This document shows, piece by piece, positions 17,116 to 22,385 of a stretch of 22,385 bases of DNA. A program made the position numbers and the translations under genes. The notes under the pieces are model-generated. The model made no database searches and was not told the DNA's origin. It worked only from the letters and a program-made list of their open reading frames with translations. Location of the stretch: the NCBI GenBank assembly GCA_037142195.1, contig JBAXBA010000060.1:1-22385 (forward strand). Reading direction: 5' to 3'. Every line of letters starts with the position of its first letter. Within the stretch, counting starts at the first letter, position 1. The stretch is from Pseudomonadota bacterium (lineage in GTDB: Bacteria; Bdellovibrionota_B; Oligoflexia; Oligoflexales; CAIMVM01).

Positions 17116-17145
17116 TTGACTAGATTCATAGTTCTCATTAATAAT
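17116..17145 (+). promoter_or_regulatory. Putative sigma70 promoter for the oxidase operon
   Basis: TTGACT (17116-17121), then TAATAA at 17 nt or AATAAT at 18 nt spacing. Confidence 0.5.
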
Positions 17146-17237
17146 TGCGTGTTGAGTTTTAACCACAACTTCTGAAATTGGGTGAAGCATTGAAGAGCAG
17201 AACACTTCAGAAGACACTAGCAGATTTTGGAGTTGTT

Positions 17238-18329
17238 TTGAAAAAGCCAGCGATATTTAGCTTTCTTCTTTCTCTTTCAGGTTTAGCTTTAGCTTCGAAA
17301 AGTTTCGACGAAAAACCTTATACGTTGTCGGCAAGTTTAAGCGATGCCCCCATGTACACGCTCGTAGGAATTACGGACTGGGGCGCAGATATCTTGAGAG
17401 TCTACGGAATCACGACTGTAGTTATAGTATTTGTGTTTTTGACTGTCGCGCTGCCTACTTTATACGCATTATGGCGTTTTAGAGCTAAGGGCGATGAAAC
17501 AGAACTTCCTAAGCAGTTTACCGGCAACCATGTATTGGAACTGATTTGGACCATCTTGCCCGTTATGCTGCTTTTTATAATTGCGATCCCTACTTGGGAA
17601 GTCATTTTTAAACAATCCAATCGAGCAGGCGATCCCAAAAATTTTCATGTTAACGTTATTGGGCATCAATGGTGGTGGGAATTCCAGTATCCCGATTACG
17701 GGGTTACCACGGCAAATGAGCTCCATCTCCCCGAAAATACCCCCATTGATTTTACTATTACTTCAGCTGACGTGATTCACTCATTCTATGTGCCACGATT
17801 TGGCGGAAAAATAGATGCAATACCAGGCGTCTTCAATCACATTTATGTAACGACTCCGAAAGTGATGGTTCCCAATAAATTAGGAGGCGATTTCTACCAA
17901 GGTCATTGCTTGGAGCTTTGTGGGCAATCCCATGCACTTATGAGATTTGAAGCCTTTGTCCATACCAAGCAGGAGTTTGATGTTTGGGCGAAAAATGCAA
18001 TGAATCCTCCTCAGGTGCTCTCAGCCCAAGAAAAAAGAGGCGAAGCTGTTTTTGCTCAATGCCAGGCTTGCCACACAATTGCAGGAACGGATTCAGCAAA
18101 GATTCCAGGGAAAAAACTGGGTCCAGATTTGACGAATTTTGGAAATCGCCGCTATCTTGGTGCGACTACCCGTGAAAATACATTAGAAAACATACGCTTA
18201 TGGATCAAGAATTCATCTCAAATCAAACCGGGTTCTAGAATGACCTCTTTTGAAGGTATTCTCTCTGATCAGCAAATCGACGATGTTGCGTCTTATGTAA
18301 GAATATCTACTGCTAAAAAGCTTAAATAG
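17238..18329 (+). CDS. ctaC: Cytochrome c oxidase subunit II, caa3 type (CuA domain plus fused cytochrome c)
   Basis: GGAG SD before TTG 17238 gives signal peptide MKKPAIFSFLLSLSGLALA. LELIWTILP, GHQWWWEF, DVIHSF, CLELCGQSHALM (CuA), CQACH heme motif. Confidence 0.95.
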   Translation: MKKPAIFSFLLSLSGLALASKSFDEKPYTLSASLSDAPMYTLVGITDWGADILRVYGITTVVIVFVFLTVALPTLYALWRFRAKGDETELPKQFTGNHVLELIWTILPVMLLFIIAIPTWEVIFKQSNRAGDPKNFHVNVIGHQWWWEFQYPDYGVTTANELHLPENTPIDFTITSADVIHSFYVPRFGGKIDAIPGVFNHIYVTTPKVMVPNKLGGDFYQGHCLELCGQSHALMRFEAFVHTKQEFDVWAKNAMNPPQVLSAQEKRGEAVFAQCQACHTIAGTDSAKIPGKKLGPDLTNFGNRRYLGATTRENTLENIRLWIKNSSQIKPGSRMTSFEGILSDQQIDDVASYVRISTAKKLK

Positions 18330-18347
18330 TTAGGAGAGCCTGCTTCT

Positions 18348-20159
18348 ATGGCAAAGAATCTACCGAAAACGGGTTTGATAAGTTGGTTGACGACAGTCGA
18401 CCATAAAAGAATTGGCATCATGTATGCTATGTCCGCAATGTTTTTTCTTCTTTGCGGTGGCATTGAAGCGCTGCTCATAAGAACACAGCTCATGTTGCCC
18501 AATAATGACTTGGTGACCGCCAATTTTTATAATGGGCTGGTCACTATGCATGGAACCACCATGATCTTCCTATTTGTGATGCCCATGTCATCAGCTTTCT
18601 TTAACTTCCTCACCCCGCTTCAGATTGGTGCCCCCGACGTGGCCTACCCAAGGCTTAACGCCCTTTCTTTCTGGGTGTTTCTCTTTGGCGGTATTTTGCT
18701 AAACTTTGGATTCGTAGTGGGACAAGTCCCCAACGCGGGCTGGTTTAACTATGCGAACCTATCTGGAAAGATCTTTTCTACTGATCACTCTGTAGACTTT
18801 TGGGTGCTTGGTGTTCAAGTTGTAGGTTTAGCATCTCTCATTGCTTCCATCAATTTCTTCGTGACCATTTTGAATATGCGTTGTAAGGGTATGACCTTAT
18901 TAAAAATGCCTATTTTTATTTGGGCGACTTTAGTCACCCAGGTTCTACTGATTCTCGCATTGCCAGTGATCACCATCGCTCTTGTTATGATGTCGCTTGA
19001 TCGAAGTTTTGGTACAGGCTTTTTTGAACCAACTCTCGGCGGTTCGGTTGTTATGTGGCAGCATTTGTTTTGGATTTTCGGCCACCCAGAAGTTTATATT
19101 TTGATAGTGCCGGCTATGGGTATCGTTTCTGAGATTCTACCTACGTTTTCGCGCAAGCCGCTATTTGGGTATTCCGTCATGGTTTATTCGATATCAGCCA
19201 TTGGATTTTTAGGGTTTGCAGTATGGGCTCACCACATGTTTACAACAGGCATGGGGCCTTGGGCGACAGCTCTGTTCTCCGCTGCTACGATGTTGATAGC
19301 CGTGCCGACAGGTGTCAAGATTTTCAATTGGATATCGACTCTTTGGGGTGGACAAATCCGGTTTACGACTGCCAATCTGTTTGCCATTAGTTTCATATGC
19401 ATGTTTACGCTTGGTGGGCTTTCAGGGATTATGCATGCCTCTCCACCCATCGACTACCACCACCAAGATACCTATTTTGTAGTCGCCCACTTTCACTACG
19501 TGCTTTATGGTGGAGCTGTGATGGCGCTTTTTGGTGGGATGTTCTACTGGTTTCCAAAGTTTTTTGGTCGCCATCTTTCAGAGCCGCTAGGAAAAGTTCA
19601 GTTTTGGCTCTATATGATTGGATTTAATCTTACTTTTTTCCCGATGCACTTTTTAGGGCTGCAGGGAATGCCGCGAAGAAACTTTACTTATGCTGCGGAT
19701 CAGGGCTGGAACCTATGGAATTTGATGTGCACCATGGGGGCTTATATTACAGCTCTTGGAGCCATAGTGTTTGCTGTTAATGTTGTTTGGAGTCTTCTCA
19801 AAGGGAAGCGTGCAAAAAATGACCCGTGGGATGCAAGGACTCTAGAGTGGACTTTAGCATCTCCTCCACCAGAGTATAATTTCTCAGTGAATCCTGTGGT
19901 AACTCAGCTCGATGATTTTTGGCATAAAAAGTATCCCAATGGCAAACGTCTTGCGGAAGATCTCATTCCTTATCAGAAGGAAGTAGACCCTTCTACAATG
20001 CACGTTCCTAATCAAAGCTTTTGGCCTATGTTTTTAGCTTTGGGCATTGTAACTATAGCGTCTTCATTTTTCTTTGGTGGACATGGCTTAGCTGTGGCGC
20101 TTGCGGGAGCCACTGTACTGCTAGTTTCAGCATATGGTTGGGCCTACGAAGAGCCGTGA
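18348..20159 (+). CDS. ctaD: Cytochrome c oxidase subunit I, A1 type
   Basis: TVDHKRIG, HGTTMIF, FGHPEVY, WAHHMF, AHFHYV, GMPRR. Confidence 0.98.
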   Translation: MAKNLPKTGLISWLTTVDHKRIGIMYAMSAMFFLLCGGIEALLIRTQLMLPNNDLVTANFYNGLVTMHGTTMIFLFVMPMSSAFFNFLTPLQIGAPDVAYPRLNALSFWVFLFGGILLNFGFVVGQVPNAGWFNYANLSGKIFSTDHSVDFWVLGVQVVGLASLIASINFFVTILNMRCKGMTLLKMPIFIWATLVTQVLLILALPVITIALVMMSLDRSFGTGFFEPTLGGSVVMWQHLFWIFGHPEVYILIVPAMGIVSEILPTFSRKPLFGYSVMVYSISAIGFLGFAVWAHHMFTTGMGPWATALFSAATMLIAVPTGVKIFNWISTLWGGQIRFTTANLFAISFICMFTLGGLSGIMHASPPIDYHHQDTYFVVAHFHYVLYGGAVMALFGGMFYWFPKFFGRHLSEPLGKVQFWLYMIGFNLTFFPMHFLGLQGMPRRNFTYAADQGWNLWNLMCTMGAYITALGAIVFAVNVVWSLLKGKRAKNDPWDARTLEWTLASPPPEYNFSVNPVVTQLDDFWHKKYPNGKRLAEDLIPYQKEVDPSTMHVPNQSFWPMFLALGIVTIASSFFFGGHGLAVALAGATVLLVSAYGWAYEEP

Positions 20160-20214
20160 GTTTTTAGTTTTTCGAGGAAGAGTTTAGATTGGTATTATAA
20201 TTAGGAGGGATTTC

Positions 20215-20883
20215 GTGGGAAATCACGATCATCATGATGTTCATACGCGCCAACCGGGAAACCACCATGCTGCAAATTCAGGGCATCATGATCATCATGC
20301 AGCTGCGCATTCCCACCACCAAGTAACCGAAATTGACAACCGAAAATACGGGATGTGGGTTCTTATTGGATCAGAATGTTTTCTCTTTGGAACCATGATC
20401 GCCAATTTTATTATCAATCGACACAATACTGGCACAGCACCTAAGCCGACTGATGTTTTTAATATTGAGCTGACCACTTGGTCGACCTTTATTCTACTAC
20501 TGTCATCAGTAGCTATGGTGCTTAGCTTAGACGCATGCAAGCGTAAAGAGCTTAAAAAATTCCAATTGTGGACCTTTGTGGTCGTGGCTTGTGGATTGTT
20601 TTTCTTAGGCTGCCAAGTTTATGAATTTACTCACTTTATCCATGAAGGATTTGGCTTAACATCAAGTCTTGCTGCTTCAAGCTTCTTCCTTTTGACGGGT
20701 TGTCATGGCGCCCACGTTGCAGTAGGCGTTCTGATCATGAGCTCCATTTTAGTGACTTCTCTCGTCAAAAAAGAGACTTGGTTTAACTATAATGTTGTTG
20801 AGACTCTAGGGCTTTATTGGCACTTCGTCGACGTGGTATGGATTTTAATCTTCACGATCGTTTACTTGTTCGTTTATTTATAA
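20215..20883 (+). CDS. ctaE: Cytochrome c oxidase subunit III (short form) with His-rich N-terminus
   Basis: AGGAGG SD plus GTG start; GMWVLIGSEC, LTGCHGAHV, LYWHFVDVVW. Confidence 0.95.
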   Translation: MGNHDHHDVHTRQPGNHHAANSGHHDHHAAAHSHHQVTEIDNRKYGMWVLIGSECFLFGTMIANFIINRHNTGTAPKPTDVFNIELTTWSTFILLLSSVAMVLSLDACKRKELKKFQLWTFVVVACGLFFLGCQVYEFTHFIHEGFGLTSSLAASSFFLLTGCHGAHVAVGVLIMSSILVTSLVKKETWFNYNVVETLGLYWHFVDVVWILIFTIVYLFVYL

Positions 20884-20893
20884 GGAGACATAC

Positions 20894-21178
20894 ATGTCGG
20901 GCGATCACTCCTCAGTTAGGACATATTGGAAGATTTGCGTCATTCTTTCCCTAATGACATTGGCGGAATACCTTATTTTTAAGGTTCCATCCTTACGAGG
21001 CAATCCGTTGTTCATGGTTCCTGTTTTGAGCGTTCTTTCTATAGTCAAATTCGTATTGGTTTTGGGCTGGTATATGCATTTAAAATATGACAATAAAATT
21101 TTGACTAAAATATTTGCGGGCTCACTCGCCATGGCAGTTATGGTCTTTGTGATACTTAAGTTAGCATTGCATCCCTAG
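20894..21178 (+). CDS. ctaF: Cytochrome c oxidase subunit IV
   Basis: Three hydrophobic segments, KFVLVLGWYMHLKYD, SD AAGGAG. Confidence 0.88.
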   Translation: MSGDHSSVRTYWKICVILSLMTLAEYLIFKVPSLRGNPLFMVPVLSVLSIVKFVLVLGWYMHLKYDNKILTKIFAGSLAMAVMVFVILKLALHP

Positions 21179-21237
21179 AGTGACTTGATTATAAGGGTTC
21201 TGTAGCTGAATAGTTCAGGCACTTATAAGGGACCTCT

Positions 21238-22134
21238 ATGAATCAGGCGTTAGCTCATAGTTTTTATGACCCGCTTCCGACCGGGATCTTTCAGTTCAAA
21301 TTGGACTGGGATCCGACGGTCCTTTTTTTTCTGCTGATGGCTTATCTCTACTTCAAAGGTCTCAAAGCATTTAGAACTAAGACGCCCGTCAAAAGATGGC
21401 AAATATTTTGTTTTTATGCGGGTATTACGAGCAATGTCCTAGCGCTTCTGCCACCTGTCGATCCGTTATCTGATAGGTTGTTTTTTGCTCACATGATTCA
21501 GCACATGATGATTATGATGATTGGAGCACCGTTGATCATTCTAGGCGCTCCATTTTATGTGATCTCCCGAGGGTTAGGGCGCATTCCCCGAACTTATGTA
21601 CTTCTGCCTCTTTTGAAAAATAGAGGTTTGCGGGCTCTCCTAGTGTTTCTAGGGGCTCCCCTTGTGTCCTTGATTTTTTACAATTTGAATCTTTGGTTTT
21701 GGCATATTCCAAGGTTCTATAATTGGGCGTTGCTCAATGACATGTTTCATATAGTGGAGCATGCCCTCTTTGCTTTGTCGGCGATACTCTTGTGGCGCAA
21801 TATTATTGATCCCTATCCCCTACGCTCCAAACTTCATATGGGATTTAGGATTTTGTATTTGGCAGGCACCATGGCGATATCTGTCGGTCTGGCAGCGTTT
21901 CTTTCCTATCACGAGACGGTGCTTTATGCTTATGAAGGGATTCCCATGCCTGAATGGTGGGCATACAGGTGGACCCACCTAGACGATCAACGTTTAGGTG
22001 GTCTCATTATGTGGGTTCCAGGGGGATTCCTTATGTTCCTGTATATGACGATTACTTTCTTTGTGTGGGCAAAGCGTGAACAAGAAAAAGATCGCAAGGA
22101 ATTAGCTACCGCAAAAGAGCAAGTTAGCTATTAA
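21238..22134 (+). CDS. ctaG: caa3-type cytochrome c oxidase assembly factor CtaG
   Basis: FFAHMIQHM, WFWHIP, HIVEH, DDQRLGGLIMWVPG. Confidence 0.9.
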   Translation: MNQALAHSFYDPLPTGIFQFKLDWDPTVLFFLLMAYLYFKGLKAFRTKTPVKRWQIFCFYAGITSNVLALLPPVDPLSDRLFFAHMIQHMMIMMIGAPLIILGAPFYVISRGLGRIPRTYVLLPLLKNRGLRALLVFLGAPLVSLIFYNLNLWFWHIPRFYNWALLNDMFHIVEHALFALSAILLWRNIIDPYPLRSKLHMGFRILYLAGTMAISVGLAAFLSYHETVLYAYEGIPMPEWWAYRWTHLDDQRLGGLIMWVPGGFLMFLYMTITFFVWAKREQEKDRKELATAKEQVSY

Positions 22135-22140
22135 AAGTTA

Positions 22141-22169
22141 TTGACAAGAGTTGCCATTATTTCTATAAA
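22141..22169 (+). promoter_or_regulatory. sigma70 promoter of the tRNA cluster
   Basis: TTGACA (22141-22146), 17 nt spacer, TATAAA (22164-22169). Confidence 0.75.
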
Positions 22170-22194
22170 CGGGTTTCTCGAAGACCATCTATGC

Positions 22195-22271
22195 GGGGTG
22201 GTAGTTAAGTTGGTTATAACGCCGCCCTGTCACGGCGGAGGCCGCCGGTTCAAGTCCGGTCCATCCCGCCA
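22195..22271 (+). tRNA. tRNA-Asp (GTC)
   Basis: Acceptor GGGGTGG/CCATCCC, D stem GTTA/TAAC, anticodon arm CCGCC-CTGTCAC-GGCGG, T arm GCCGG-TTCAAGT-CCGGT, discriminator G, encoded CCA. Confidence 0.97.
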
Positions 22272-22340
22272 CTTTTTTTAAAAAGTGGTAGAGAGAGTCT
22301 AGAGAATAGTTTAAAGTGTGAAGTTTGTTGCCATCTATGC

Positions 22341-22385
22341 GGGGTGGTAGTTAAGTTGGTTATAACGCCGCCCTGTCACGGCGGA
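22341..22385 (+). tRNA. Second tRNA-Asp (GTC), truncated by the window end
   Basis: Identical to 22195-22239 over all 45 visible nt. Confidence 0.85.

Noticed and set aside
20190..20201. TGgTATTAT / TATAAT as an internal promoter for ctaE
   Set aside because: No -35 box, and the start site would fall on or inside the SD. It is probably just AT-rich spacer.
1438..21982. Numerous short alternative-frame or antisense ORFs in the track (e.g. 5625-6017, 8431-8738, 10989-11754, 12715-12984, 16543-16773, 17402-18551, 19229-19627, 21761-21982)
   Set aside because: All lie largely within well-supported genes and lack recognisable motifs; they are shadow ORFs.
22185..22385. Direct repeat as a CRISPR array or prophage att site
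   Set aside because: The repeat is a tRNA gene including its 5' half, and no cas or integrase gene is in the window.

Overview
Gene-dense bacterial chromosomal window of moderately low GC. The gene content (TPR-rich proteins, a GspN-like gene, a sigma28-type promoter on a lytic transglycosylase, a lipoprotein-like Fic) suggests a Bdellovibrionota/Oligoflexia-like organism; this is inference only. Left to right: the 3' part of a GspN-like gene; a three-gene operon (FliT/FlgN-like protein, degenerate GT4-TPR protein, flagellar-locus-type hypothetical); an atypical receiver-TPR protein; an Slt70-like lytic transglycosylase; a minus-strand dsbD-patatin-sfsA-maiA operon; a stand-alone rplX (uL24) with its own promoter, a hairpin-rich leader and a terminator; about 640 bp of unexplained DNA; a signal-peptide-bearing Fic protein with a non-canonical motif; a MauG/bCcP-family di-heme enzyme divergent from a YtkA-like gene and a Bacillus-style caa3 oxidase operon (ctaCDEFG); and two tandem tRNA-Asp(GTC) genes, the second cut by the window end. 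No CRISPR array, IS element or integrase was seen. The best candidates for undescribed biology are the orphan rplX with a possible L24 leader RNA, the exported Fic enzyme, a uORF/anti-SD arrangement upstream of dsbD, and the di-heme enzyme/YtkA/caa3 module.
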